Source: Porphyridium purpureum
Taxonomy: Eukaryota
NCBI GenBank assembly: GCA_008690995.1
Contig: VRMN01000003.1
Coordinates: forward strand, 1,178,001-1,242,000
Direction: 5' to 3'
Length of the DNA stretch: 64,000 bases
Positions 39,991 through 50,863 of the stretch are shown piece by piece. The notes beneath the pieces are model-generated. The model was given only the letters and a program-made list of their open reading frames with translations, was not told where the DNA came from and did not search any database. Each line of letters opens with the position of its first letter. The first letter of the stretch is position 1. A program made the translations under genes and the position numbers.

Positions 39991-42900
39991 TCAGTCCAAG
40001 AAGATTTTCGGTTCGATGTTCATAGCTGCTAATTCGTTGGCAAGGTACCGATACACATACGGCAAAAGAATGCGCTTCACAACAACATCGCCTTGGCCGC
40101 AGGACCGACAGCGCATCTGCCGGACTGCCAGCACATTGCTTCCGTACGGCTTGTTTCCACTCTCAATCGCTTGTACATCGCGCGCGACGCTCAGGACTGA
40201 GTGACACGCATTGCACAAATACACCGTGTGCAAGTCCGAGCAGTGGTGCAAACGGTCCTGCACAAGCTGCGCCGTCCCGTGACCTAACAGCGCATCTCGC
40301 TCCATTTCTCCAAAGCGAATGGCGCCACCCATCTTGCGCCCGGCAATGGGTTGCCTCGTCAGCGGGTTCGTACGCCCTGAGGAGCGTACCTGAAACTTGT
40401 CACTGACCATGTGCCTCAGGCGCTGATAGTGAACAACGCCGATGAAGATGTCCACTTCCAGTGGCTCACCTGTATACCCAGAGTACATAACTTCGTTTCC
40501 ATAGTAGTTGTAGCCGGCCGAAAGCAGCTGTTCCCCAAAGTAATGGTACGCCGCCATTTGATCGTCGAATCGAAAAGGTGTCGAATCCTGAAAGAGTCCG
40601 TACGTGCTACTTGTTTTGCCGCACATGCTTTCCACCATCATACCAATGGTCATGCGGCTCGGAAAACCGTTCGGATTGAAAAGAATATCCGGGATCATTC
40701 CTGAGTCTGTGAAAGGCATGTCTGCCTCGGGCCATAATGCCGCGACCGTGCCCTTCTGACCATGGCGCGACGCAAACTTATCTCCAATTGTAGGGCGGCG
40801 CGGGTACCTCAACTTAATCGAGACACGACGGATAGAGGAGTCAGCGTTTGGATTCATTCCTGCTTTAGGCGGAAGGATGCGCACCTGATCCACAATCGCT
40901 GTTTCTGACGACTTGTGCACAGTGACCTGCGTCTTCACATTGCCAAAGCGCTCGTGTCGCGCATTCAGTATCACAGAATAAAGCGCATCGCCCTTGTTCA
41001 CGATTGCGCCCACCTCGGGCAGCCCATCCTTTCCTATCGCGCCCACGCCCTCATTGCCGCCAAAAACGCTGGGCGAGGGCGCATTTTCATCCAAATTTAC
41101 GGCAATCGTTGTATACACGGTCCCTGCGCAAAAGCCGCGCTCGTAGCTGGCCTTGTTAATGATGAGCGCGTCTTCCATATCATTCCCCGTGTAGCTAATG
41201 ACTGCAACGACGGCGTTCGTGCCATTCGGAAACAAATCCATCCCGGCCGCGTCCTGCATCTGAAAATTACGGGTCAACGGAACTTGCGGTGTCTGAATGC
41301 GGTACATCTTTGTATCGGCGCGATGCGAGAAATTGTGACACGGCGTGCCCATTGTCTGCTTGGACATTTGGCACTGATACATATTCCGCGGCGACTGGTT
41401 CAAGTCGGAAAAGGGCGTCAGCGATGCTAGAATTGAGAGCGTGTTCATCGAGTTAAGCTCTCGGTGCGAAGCACGTTCTGGCGCAGCGCTTTGCCCGAAC
41501 TTGGCAATTTCACTCTGAATTTCCTGTTCCTCGGGCCCTCCACCGGTATCATTGGTGGCAACGCGAAGAAACATCTGCTCGAAAGTGCCTATGTATTCTG
41601 TCAGGCGACGGCCGTGTTCCAGCCACTCTACTGGGCGCATCAGGCGCGACGGCGCCGTATAGATAAAGACACCCTGAAATAATCGCCGACGGCCAGAGAT
41701 GCAGACGATTTCGGACAATGGTGGAATCCGAGCCATGTTTCCGGACACATCGCCCACTTTGGCGAGGCGCAGTCTTGTCGCCAGCTCCTTCGCATCGGCA
41801 CGAGGAACATAGCCGAACACCCGCCCGTCAACAACGACGGCGAGCGCGTCCGAGCCAAACGTGCATCGGACAAAGGCGCCAGAATCAAGTAACACTTCGT
41901 GTGCCAAATTGGTGCGCCGGATGGACTGGGCAATGTCATCGTATGATGCACACGGCTGCTGCGCAATTTCTGCAGAACTAGTCAAGTGATTGAGCAGACC
42001 GCACGGTGCGCCATCTGGTGTGTGTACGGGGCAGACAAAGCCCCATGCTTCGGGAAGCAGCCGTCTCACAGATGTGATGGGACTCTTCGTGAAAAAATTA
42101 CCTCGATGCACCGCTCGAAAGTGAGAAATGAATCGCAAAAAGTTGATGCGTTCAGCAACGACTGCAAAGCCGGCCTTGTCCATTAGATCCAACCCAGAAA
42201 CGCTTTCCAAATTTCCTGTGGCAATGAAGTACTCGAGTTTCTTTCCAACATGGACTGGGCCCGCCGCAGAAAATTGACTTGAGATGAATTGTACGTCGTG
42301 CGGGTCTTGTCCATGCTGCAAGCGCGCCGCACTGTTTGTGCCCAAGCCCGCTCCTTTTGGATTTGCGATGCTAGCACGACGCAGCAGGGTATTCCGCCAA
42401 CTCTCCAGCAGGACCTCTAACCTATCGCGCAAGTACATGAGAAAAAGATGACCTGGCAGAAGGATTTCTTGGTGCATGAGAGAGTCTGAACTATCTGACG
42501 CCACATCCCCGCTCACCAGAGCACACAAGCGCCGAATCATGAGTCCAAGAACTTGCGCTTTGGCTGAATCTAGGCTTTGGCTATCGGAATCCTCAGGCCG
42601 AGTGCTCAAATGCACTAAAACGTAGCGGCGCAACAAAAGCTGGCCAACTGTTTCATCACTGACAAATGATGGCGGACGTAGCACTTGTCGAAATCTTAGT
42701 CCCAGGTATGCAAGGAACCACCGTTTAGGCGCGCGCTCTGAAGAAAAAGTGCGTGGGCCTGCGAGTTCCAGCTCCTGAGCGTCGTGGATCATAGACAGCA
42801 CCCTGGTGAACAGACGCATGTCGCCATGCATGGGCCCAACAATCAGCCGGCAAATGTCCTCGTCAGTTGTACCATCCGGAAGCAGCGCCCTCATCACCAG

Positions 42901-43689
42901 CACGACAGGCACCAAGAACTCTTGCCTGTTGATTGTAAGACGCAGAGTCGCAGTACCCGAAACCAAATAGTGCAGGTGGATGGTGCGCGTGGACATGTCT
43001 GGTCGCCCACACCGCATTGAAACAGAATATGGCGAGTATTGTGGGCCGCGTTTCTTGTTTGAGTCGCGCTCAATAGCGATCATGTGATTTTTGCGCGATG
43101 CAATTAGCATGCGGAGAACTTTTTCGACACCATTGATAATGAAGTACCCTCCCAGCTCGTATTCTTCCTCGCCGAGCGCCAAAAGCTCGCGCGGCGAAAG
43201 GCCGGACAAATGACAGTGCGAGCTCGACACCATGATGGGAAGAACACCGATCGTCTTCTCCACGCGTAAGCTGGCGCCTGCACTGTTGGAGATCAAAAAC
43301 GTGCCCACCAACTGAGCGGCGTACGTTTTTCCTGACTCTCTGCAGTGATTTGGCAACACTTTCGAATGTCCGTAGGTGGCGGCGTCGGTGCCACCTGTGC
43401 CGCTGTCCTGAGCGCGCGGCCGAATCAGACGAGTCTTCTCCAGGCGGACTGCGGACCATTTGGACTCGCTGTGGATGTCTCCTGAATACTCAATTGTCAT
43501 CGACTCCATTTCCTCACACACTCTTTCCAGTCCGGTGGTCACGGCAAAGTTGAAAGAGTCCAAATGTGCGCGAGTGAACGAGCGCAGCATCTTCACCCGC
43601 GCCGCCTCATCCTTCGGGTCCAGCGTTGAGGCCTGCACTACACCAGCCCCGTTTGTCCCCCAATGCACCTTCGCCGCCGCCGCCGCCAT
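39991..43689 (-). CDS. RPA2: RNA polymerase I second-largest subunit
   Basis: HLDSFN, GGYFIINGVEK, VRRLLPEAWGFVCPVHTPDGAPCGLLNH, NQSPRNMYQCQM, GDKFASRHGQKG, KFQVRS, GEMERD and YLANELAAMNI (Pol I-type signatures). Confidence 0.96.
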   Translation of the reverse strand: MAAAAAKVHWGTNGAGVVQASTLDPKDEAARVKMLRSFTRAHLDSFNFAVTTGLERVCEEMESMTIEYSGDIHSESKWSAVRLEKTRLIRPRAQDSGTGGTDAATYGHSKVLPNHCRESGKTYAAQLVGTFLISNSAGASLRVEKTIGVLPIMVSSSHCHLSGLSPRELLALGEEEYELGGYFIINGVEKVLRMLIASRKNHMIAIERDSNKKRGPQYSPYSVSMRCGRPDMSTRTIHLHYLVSGTATLRLTINRQEFLVPVVLVMRALLPDGTTDEDICRLIVGPMHGDMRLFTRVLSMIHDAQELELAGPRTFSSERAPKRWFLAYLGLRFRQVLRPPSFVSDETVGQLLLRRYVLVHLSTRPEDSDSQSLDSAKAQVLGLMIRRLCALVSGDVASDSSDSLMHQEILLPGHLFLMYLRDRLEVLLESWRNTLLRRASIANPKGAGLGTNSAARLQHGQDPHDVQFISSQFSAAGPVHVGKKLEYFIATGNLESVSGLDLMDKAGFAVVAERINFLRFISHFRAVHRGNFFTKSPITSVRRLLPEAWGFVCPVHTPDGAPCGLLNHLTSSAEIAQQPCASYDDIAQSIRRTNLAHEVLLDSGAFVRCTFGSDALAVVVDGRVFGYVPRADAKELATRLRLAKVGDVSGNMARIPPLSEIVCISGRRRLFQGVFIYTAPSRLMRPVEWLEHGRRLTEYIGTFEQMFLRVATNDTGGGPEEQEIQSEIAKFGQSAAPERASHRELNSMNTLSILASLTPFSDLNQSPRNMYQCQMSKQTMGTPCHNFSHRADTKMYRIQTPQVPLTRNFQMQDAAGMDLFPNGTNAVVAVISYTGNDMEDALIINKASYERGFCAGTVYTTIAVNLDENAPSPSVFGGNEGVGAIGKDGLPEVGAIVNKGDALYSVILNARHERFGNVKTQVTVHKSSETAIVDQVRILPPKAGMNPNADSSIRRVSIKLRYPRRPTIGDKFASRHGQKGTVAALWPEADMPFTDSGMIPDILFNPNGFPSRMTIGMMVESMCGKTSSTYGLFQDSTPFRFDDQMAAYHYFGEQLLSAGYNYYGNEVMYSGYTGEPLEVDIFIGVVHYQRLRHMVSDKFQVRSSGRTNPLTRQPIAGRKMGGAIRFGEMERDALLGHGTAQLVQDRLHHCSDLHTVYLCNACHSVLSVARDVQAIESGNKPYGSNVLAVRQMRCRSCGQGDVVVKRILLPYVYRYLANELAAMNIEPKIFLD

Positions 43690-44904
43690 CCTGGATGATC
43701 CAGTCGATCCAGACACCAGCCGGCATCCTCCCTCGCATCAACTTGCCCGCGCGTCGCCCCACGCCAAATGTCGCCGCGCCGCATTCGGTTTATCGGCTCG
43801 TGCTTCGATCCGGTGCTGCGTCGATTGAATTATCGGTTTCAGCGAAACTTGCGTGTGCATGGGGACGTAGCGCGTAGAGGACTTGTGTCCGTCCGTGTTA
43901 ACGATGATACCTTGTATGACTGCCTCTATGCGTGGTATTGTGCCAGGTAGCACGCGCGAATACTCGCAGCTGGGCGCATGTGCGGTGGGAGGCGCGTACG
44001 GCTTCGCGATCACGCTCGACTTTGTGCAGCCACAAAGCGCATCGGTCTGAGGTACATAACCGCGGTCGATGCGCGCCAGACATAAATCAAAAATGCACAG
44101 TGCAGAGACACAGACGCGGCCATGAAAAGAATAACGTATCAACACACGACCAAAAAGACAGCAATATACGCTCGGACACAGCTTCAGGCACCAAATTTGT
44201 TCCGAGCTCTGCGAAAATCAATGACGCAACGCAAGCCGCAGAACACACCAACAGCCGAACCCTCAGGAGTCAAGCCGCGGACAATGAGATCCGGTTCAAG
44301 GTGCTGGATCTTGCCCAGACTAAGCCGTGTGATAAACTGCCAAAGTTCCATCCGTTCTGACTAGCCATTCTGGAACAGGGCGACGAGAACAAGAGCGACA
44401 ACCGGGTCACCTCACGGGTCGCTCGGTCTCAATGTCATGAATGTCACTCTTGGATGCTAACGCAGCATGGCTATTACCGGGAGAGTCTCAGGTCTGCGTG
44501 AGAGCTGAGTTGACGCGGACTTTGCAACAGCACATGAGGTTCTGAAAACTCCATCTGTCCACGCGCAAGTGCTGCGGACAGGAATCCGCGAGGAGACTTG
44601 CATGGCGACAAAAGAATGCACCTGAATTGCTTTGCGCAGCTCTCCGTCTAAGGATCTCTTAAGAGACATCTGGATGGTAGAGAGCAGTCACAAACGGTCC
44701 AGCCTCTCTCAAGCACACTCACCAATGAGCCACAGTCAAGAAGTCGAGCTGTAAGAATGTCCCGCGACCTGACAAACATGAAATCAATCAGCTCGTGGTC
44801 ATGCCTTCTTGGACATCTTTCACAAAGGCCCACAAATCTCCAGCTGCTCTGGTTTGGTGTGTAAGTGAGGACCTCCTTAGAATTATCCCCACCTTTCCAT
44901 TGAT

Positions 44905-45451
44905 TTGACACCTTTCGTGAGCAATACGCTTGTCCACCTACATCTTCGCAGCGAGTCCCACATCATCAAGGACATGATGAGCACCATGACTTGGAACCCA
45001 CCACGGGGCATCCTTGACAATTTTGACACCAGTCACGCACCTCCGAAACCTGCAAACGTTTTGTGTCAATACTCCTTGAAAGTCGACATTGCTGGCTTTT
45101 TCTATGCCTTTCCCTGCGTAAAGAAACAAATCCGAAGCACGCTCGCGGACTGCAGCTGTTTCTGCCTCGCGCATTGACACGCTCACGAACAGCATCCCGT
45201 CCTTTATGAAAGCGCATCTCGAGATTCATGTCGACCACGCCATTTTTGACATCTTTGCACGAGTTCTCGGTTGTGCGCCCTGGATGTGCGAGTTGCTCTG
45301 CCTTGGGAGCATTGCGCTCTTTCGCAAACAAGCTGGTGACAATCTTCGGCGCTCAGTAGCTCTGCGTAAGAACGCCCGTTCTCCACCCGCATGCCATCTG
45401 GCGTTCCTGTCGACCATCGCCATCTTCGATGCTCAATGGAGTCCACACTGA
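44905..45451 (+). mobile_element. Possible decayed reverse-transcriptase remnant
   Basis: YSLKVDIAGFFYAFP resembles RT motif A; after a stop and frameshift, FARVLGCAPWMCELL weakly resembles motif B. No YxDD or terminal repeats were found. Confidence 0.22.
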
Positions 45452-45681
45452 TCCCATACTTATCTGCATAGGTTTGCTCTGCGGACGCGGCATCGCATCC
45501 CCGCCGTCATCTCCTGCCGATAACATGAACTCAGCGCGTGCCTTTCCCCATGTGTCGAGAGGGACCAGGATGTCAGGAAGTAAACAAACTTGCAACTATT
45601 TCGAGGAGCGACAGCGAGAAGCGCAGACTCGTGTAGAGTGGCGTGGAGGAGTGTTAGGAAAGGAGGTGGGACTTTAGGGCG

Positions 45682-47121
45682 ATGGTACCGATACGCGCGC
45701 GAAAGTGGGCGTGGTTCTGCACGCTTATTGCGCTGCTGTTCTTGTGGAAGCGCAAGCCGCTGATGACGTTTTTACGGCGCGCAGCGCGCTTGGCCACGAG
45801 CACAGTCGAGGCGTCCGACAGGCTAAGCGCGACGCTAAAAGCCGCTGCACTTGACTTGCGGACATACGTACAGGCTCCGCCTGCTATTCCTCCAAATGCG
45901 CACCACTTGCAGGCCATGGCGTCACAGTCCGTGCCGACTGGTGGCGGGGCGCCGCAGCAGATGCCGTCTCGAAGAGGTAGTTATGGCCGGCGGATAAGCT
46001 CAGGGGCCGCCGCCAATGCGCTGAGTGTTTCCAGTATGAGTGTATCGGGAGGGTTGAGTGTGAGCGGAGGCACCGGGACGGATGAAGAAGTTCCGCGCTC
46101 CGTACGCAGACTTCTTCGTGTACTGGCAACGCCCGAAAGTGCGTCCATCATCCGGAATATAGCGGCCGGCGCGTCACAGGGCGTGGTACAGGAAGCCACG
46201 CGCGACTGGGATCAGTTGGAAGTTCGGCAGCCTTCGGCAGAAGGCGCAACGGCAAGCTCGACGACAGGAGTGGCCGTACCTCAACCACTCGCGGCAAAAT
46301 TGATGTACGCTCTCAACACGCCTGGAGGCCAAAAGTTTGCCGTGCTTGTTCTTACAAACATCGTACGCGAAGGCTTGCACGTTGTGTTTGACCGCATGGA
46401 ACAGACAGAGCTACGGCGTTCAAGAGTGCGGCGGGAGACTGGTAGCGAAGAGCAGCAAGGCGTACACTCCATGACAGAAACACCGTCGCCGATCGTGCGT
46501 GCTCTGCTCGAAGCTGGGTTGAGCCCTGATGGCAGAAAACTATTCAGCGAGCTTGCTTCTGCAGTCACGTGTGCTGCTTTGCCAATAGTTCTCCAAGAAA
46601 GCGAAAAGAAGCGCACACATGACGCGCAGGATGGAACGCAAAACGCGGCAGCCCAGTCTGGCAGCCGCGCGCCCAGTGATCTGGGCGTGCTCAATTTCCT
46701 TGGCCAGAAAGCACTGCAAGATAAGCAGTTTATGAAGGAAATTGCGCAGAGCATATCTGCGGAAGTGGTGCGCAGTTACTTGACCACGAAACATGATTTA
46801 AGGAGCAACGCCAAGCGATCTACACGGACAGTTTCTTGTGCCTCGTCGCAGTGCGTATCTCGTGTCCCCAGACCACCAAATCACATCCACGCAGAATACC
46901 ATTCAGATCAAGAGTCAAGCAGTACCTCCAATGGCAACACCTCGCCAACGGTGCCTTTGCCATGTGCATGTGAGCCAGGACCTTCACGCTTGAGTTCTGA
47001 TCTCGCGTTTGATTCTCGGCCGGCCTTGTGGAATCTTGCATTGCAGGTCGCGAAGGGTAAGGTGCGTGAATGGCTTCAAGGCGACCTGACGCGCCGACAA
47101 CCATCCTATTTGTTCATGTAA
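45682..47121 (+). CDS. Protein resembling plant PHLOEM PROTEIN 2-LIKE A10
   Basis: N-terminal TM, then ALDLRTYV...DEEVPRSVRRLLRVLATPE...GASQGV, ALNTPGGQKFAVLVLTNIVRE and SPDGRKLFSEL. The block order recalls the PP2-A10 family from memory. Confidence 0.6.
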   Translation: MVPIRARKWAWFCTLIALLFLWKRKPLMTFLRRAARLATSTVEASDRLSATLKAAALDLRTYVQAPPAIPPNAHHLQAMASQSVPTGGGAPQQMPSRRGSYGRRISSGAAANALSVSSMSVSGGLSVSGGTGTDEEVPRSVRRLLRVLATPESASIIRNIAAGASQGVVQEATRDWDQLEVRQPSAEGATASSTTGVAVPQPLAAKLMYALNTPGGQKFAVLVLTNIVREGLHVVFDRMEQTELRRSRVRRETGSEEQQGVHSMTETPSPIVRALLEAGLSPDGRKLFSELASAVTCAALPIVLQESEKKRTHDAQDGTQNAAAQSGSRAPSDLGVLNFLGQKALQDKQFMKEIAQSISAEVVRSYLTTKHDLRSNAKRSTRTVSCASSQCVSRVPRPPNHIHAEYHSDQESSSTSNGNTSPTVPLPCACEPGPSRLSSDLAFDSRPALWNLALQVAKGKVREWLQGDLTRRQPSYLFM

Positions 47122-47561
47122 GTTATCAAATGAAAGATTGCGCACCCACCGAAGACTGTCCTGGTTCGAGTCGGACATGAAAGGCCTCGTGCATGAGCTG
47201 CGTGAGTCGGACAAGTTTGAGGCGTCTGTGCAAGACGCCATGTGCACATTTGTTCTAGCTTGCGACTGTCGCCGTGTCACGTCCAACAGAAGACGCGGTT
47301 CAGCCACATTGCGCATCCGCGCAGTAGCACGCATTAGCTTTGCAAGGTCAACTGCATCAGAATTGCTTTTACGACTTGGGACCTCCACAGCCACAATCAC
47401 CCTGCCAGTGTGCATTCTTGTTACTGTGCGCTGCAAGCCATTGCCCGCTCGCCACCAACTACCACAACGCAACAGTCGCCCTCCTACAAGTCCTGCACCC
47501 CATCTGTGGCAAGCCTTCGCTACCAGAAGCCGGAGACACGAAGTCGCCTGGAGAGAACATC

Positions 47562-48938
47562 ATGCGCGTATTTCTTCTATACGGGAGTGGTGGGGGTGGA
47601 CATCGGAGCAGCGCGATTGCGCTGAAAGACTGCCTGCTTCATGTGCAACCCGGCTGGTCGGTGGACATGCACGATGCGTCGGCGATTGTTGATGCGGCGT
47701 TTGGAGACAAAATATACAACTTCTTGATGGAGGCGAATTTGCTTGGGTTAATGCCGGTGGTATATGGCGTCGTTCGCCTTACTCAGCCGCTGCTCTCAGG
47801 CGCACACCGGGCTTGCTTTGATTCGTTTTTCCGGAAGCATGGTGTTCCTGATATAGTGGTCTCGTTCGTGCCATTTCTCAACTATGCATTGTGCGAATCG
47901 ATACCGAAGCGGAACTACAACACGCACGTGATTACTGTCGTCACGGATTTCAGCAGCTCGCGTGCGCACCCGTGGATCCAGCATCCGAGACAAATTCTGT
48001 GCTGCGGGACGCAGCAACTGTATGAACAGGCTCTGTCGCTGGGCTTTCGCGAAGATCGCGTTGTAAGGCTCAGTGGGATGGTCGTCCATCCTCGCTTCTA
48101 CATGGAGGAACCGGATGTACACTCGCACGACTTTATGAGCTCCATGTTCGTAAACGGCTGGACAACCAAGGGGCGGACATGGCTTGTGACGTTTGGCGGA
48201 ACGTCACCCACAGCGCTGACGAAAAGTATCGTACGAGCGTTGGTAACTACCACAGAAGAGAAATTGAATGTGATCGTTGTATGCGGGCAGAATCTATTTC
48301 TAGAGATGCAATTGCAGCACTTGAACTTACCACGCGTGGCCGTGCTCGGCTTCCGCAAGGACATGCCCAAGCTCATGCAGTGTGCCGATGTTGTGCTCGG
48401 CAAGCCCGGACCAGGCATTGTTTCTGAAGCCATGGTCACTCGGAAACCGGTCGTTCTTTTTTGCCCAGACTCTTCCGTGATGCCCCAGGAACGCGAAGTC
48501 ATGCGCTGGGTGGTTCAGAACAGGGTCGGCGTGGTCGTACACAACCTGCTGGAGCTCGAAGCACTTAGCAACAATCTGTCGCGCATCTCGGAGCTGCAAA
48601 CGAACGTAAACGCGCTTCCAGCGAACCGCGCGGTCTTTGAAGTTTCGAATCTCGTCATGGATTTGGATTTCCTAAACGCCATGGCGCACAAGTACATGAC
48701 GATTTCGACATCGGTCAGCGTACAGGATGAAATCGGCATTTGCGAAGAGTACAAGTCTCCTCCCACGCCTACTGACGCACAGTCGTCAAATGCTTCAAAG
48801 CATGCACCTTCATCTGTGTGTACCGATACCGAGCAAGGTCTGGTCTCTGCTGACCACGCTCGGCTTCTAAGACGTTTGTTGTCACGAGATCGTCACGCCC
48901 TACTCCGCTCGCGGCATACAGCGCTGTGTCTGCTGTGA
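47562..48938 (+). CDS. MGDG synthase/UgtP-like GT28 glycosyltransferase
   Basis: GGGGHRSSA, PDIVVSFVPFLN, TVVTDF, SGMVVHPRFY, FGG, VVCGQN and LGF...MPKLMQCADVVLGKPGPGIVSEA. Confidence 0.9.
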   Translation: MRVFLLYGSGGGGHRSSAIALKDCLLHVQPGWSVDMHDASAIVDAAFGDKIYNFLMEANLLGLMPVVYGVVRLTQPLLSGAHRACFDSFFRKHGVPDIVVSFVPFLNYALCESIPKRNYNTHVITVVTDFSSSRAHPWIQHPRQILCCGTQQLYEQALSLGFREDRVVRLSGMVVHPRFYMEEPDVHSHDFMSSMFVNGWTTKGRTWLVTFGGTSPTALTKSIVRALVTTTEEKLNVIVVCGQNLFLEMQLQHLNLPRVAVLGFRKDMPKLMQCADVVLGKPGPGIVSEAMVTRKPVVLFCPDSSVMPQEREVMRWVVQNRVGVVVHNLLELEALSNNLSRISELQTNVNALPANRAVFEVSNLVMDLDFLNAMAHKYMTISTSVSVQDEIGICEEYKSPPTPTDAQSSNASKHAPSSVCTDTEQGLVSADHARLLRRLLSRDRHALLRSRHTALCLL

Positions 48939-49066
48939 TTGCTCACGCCTGCGAGGCATTCAATAAAGTAGTCGTGTGATGGTGTCGATCTTGTTTGAGT
49001 CCGGGTTTGTGAGCGGAAACCGGAGAGCAACTGCGTCAGCATTGCAGCACCTTGCGTAACCCAGCT

Positions 49067-49783
49067 ATGGCCGCGCAATCTAGCTCGCGAGCGAGACTGG
49101 CTGTAGCCAAGTTCCTCGGTGCATCGTCTGCGGCCGGTGCGGATACTGAAACGCTTGCGCTGCGCTCAGCAGGATCAACGACGACAGCAAACGCACATCC
49201 CGCGCCTCTTGTTCGAGGAACGCAGAGGCCAAACGCGAGGGGAGGGGTTGGACTGACAGAAGAGCAGCAAGCACTTCGCGCGCGAACGAGGGAGCTGTCC
49301 AAGTTGGAGAAGCTTGCGGCATCGAATGGACGAGGAGGCGGTGGGAAGGTGTCTCGTGGGGTGCGAAATGATGGAGACGGTTCCAGTGAACAGGAGTCCG
49401 ACAGCGACGATGCAGCAGAAAGTCGCACGCAGAGCGCAAAGCGAAGGAAACTCTCTGGTGAGAAGGGTTCTCGTGCCGACGTGGCATCTCGTGGGGCTGG
49501 GCACATTGAGGCCGGTTATCCAAAGCACGACCACACATTGCGCGCAGAGAGTCCTGCAGATCCAGATTTGACCAAGACAGGGGAGGAGGGGGTGTCCAAA
49601 AGACCAGACAAAAGCGACGAATATGATCGGGCACCCCGAAAGAAGAAGAAAACACGCTCGCGACAGAAGAACTTGCGCCGAGATACGCGCACTGCGGAAG
49701 AAAAGCCTGCGCACTTGACCGAGACCACGCTCAAGCTGCCTCGTCTTGCTCGCAGAGATCAGGACGTCAGGGAAATGATATGA
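49067..49783 (+). CDS. Hypothetical basic/hydrophilic protein, possibly nuclear or nucleolar
   Basis: ATG at 49067; NLS-like AKRRKL and KKKKTRSRQKNLRRDTR. Confidence 0.7.
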   Translation: MAAQSSSRARLAVAKFLGASSAAGADTETLALRSAGSTTTANAHPAPLVRGTQRPNARGGVGLTEEQQALRARTRELSKLEKLAASNGRGGGGKVSRGVRNDGDGSSEQESDSDDAAESRTQSAKRRKLSGEKGSRADVASRGAGHIEAGYPKHDHTLRAESPADPDLTKTGEEGVSKRPDKSDEYDRAPRKKKKTRSRQKNLRRDTRTAEEKPAHLTETTLKLPRLARRDQDVREMI

Positions 49784-49922
49784 AGATATCTCCCTTCGTT
49801 TGACAATACCTGTGGACACTAGCATGCGAATCAGAGTATTGAAGCACCCTCTCATTGTCCATGGCACAAACGAGTCAGAGCAGCCATAAAACGCCCTCTT
49901 TCGAGCGGGGTCTCGCCAGTCT

Positions 49923-50573
49923 TTAACTTAATGCCTGATCAGATTGCTGCAACTGTAACGCAAGCTCGAATTGCACCAACTGTCTTTGAAAGCTTCCATT
50001 TGATAGGATGCGGCTACCACGCTTAGACCAGAGGTCCTCAATAGCGTCGATGAGATTCGAGCGCTCGATCTGCATGAGGTATGCCACGATGACGGCAACG
50101 CTACGATTGACGCCCGCATAGCAATGCACAAAGACGCGACCTTGCGGATACTGGTTGATGGCCTCGTCTATAAACGAGACGCAGCTTGGAATTACCTCAC
50201 TGAGCAAGTCGAACGACTCTGTATCGTAAGCCGGCACGCGAAGAAACGAGACCACGCTTGTTTCAGGGGCGGAATAAAAATGAAGGTCAGTGTCTGTGCG
50301 CTCGGTGGCCATGTTGAGCACGTGGGTGACGCCCAGCCGCCGCAGCACACGGGTGTCCTTTGCGTGGAAGATATTCCCCAGAATCAGGTTCTCGCGGACT
50401 TTCCACGGGCCCGACCGCGGCTCGCGTTCGGCATCCAGCAACGCACTCACCGCCTGCGCACGCGCCTCGTACCAAGCACGCCACTGCGGGTGGACGTCGC
50501 GCGCGGTACTGTGCATGGCGACGGGAGCCGAGCGGCGGTCGGGCGCGCACAACGTGACGGGCGACGCACGCAT
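49923..50573 (-). CDS. Dual-specificity protein phosphatase
   Basis: LGVTHVLNMA, catalytic loop VFVHCYAGVNRS, AYLM and NGSFQRQL. Confidence 0.93.
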   Translation of the reverse strand: MRASPVTLCAPDRRSAPVAMHSTARDVHPQWRAWYEARAQAVSALLDAEREPRSGPWKVRENLILGNIFHAKDTRVLRRLGVTHVLNMATERTDTDLHFYSAPETSVVSFLRVPAYDTESFDLLSEVIPSCVSFIDEAINQYPQGRVFVHCYAGVNRSVAVIVAYLMQIERSNLIDAIEDLWSKRGSRILSNGSFQRQLVQFELALQLQQSDQALS

Positions 50574-50863
50574 GACCAGTAATGCGCCACGGCGCGCGGG
50601 TCTCACGGCCCGCGGCACGAGGCGCTCCGCGCGGCGTCCGTGCCTCTCGCTCCTATCCCGCCCGCGCCACCTAGCCGTGCGCTCTCAACACTGCTCGGCC
50701 GGCCCCACAGCGCCTCCGCATCTCTGTGAGCACGATGTGGATGCGAAACGGTCGCGCGTATCTGGCGCAATCTGCAATGCTGCATTCGTATGTCATCAGC
50801 TGCACTATCGACTCAACCGAATGAACCGAAACACGCGACGTTTAATCTTCTGTGTCACTCTAA

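Noticed and set aside
43871..43932. 10-bp inverted repeat (cgcgtagagg...cctctatgcg) as a SECIS or snoRNA, paired with nearby in-frame TGAs
   Set aside because: No AUGA/GA quartet on the relevant strand, no coherent C/D or U3 box order, and the frame also contains a TAG stop.
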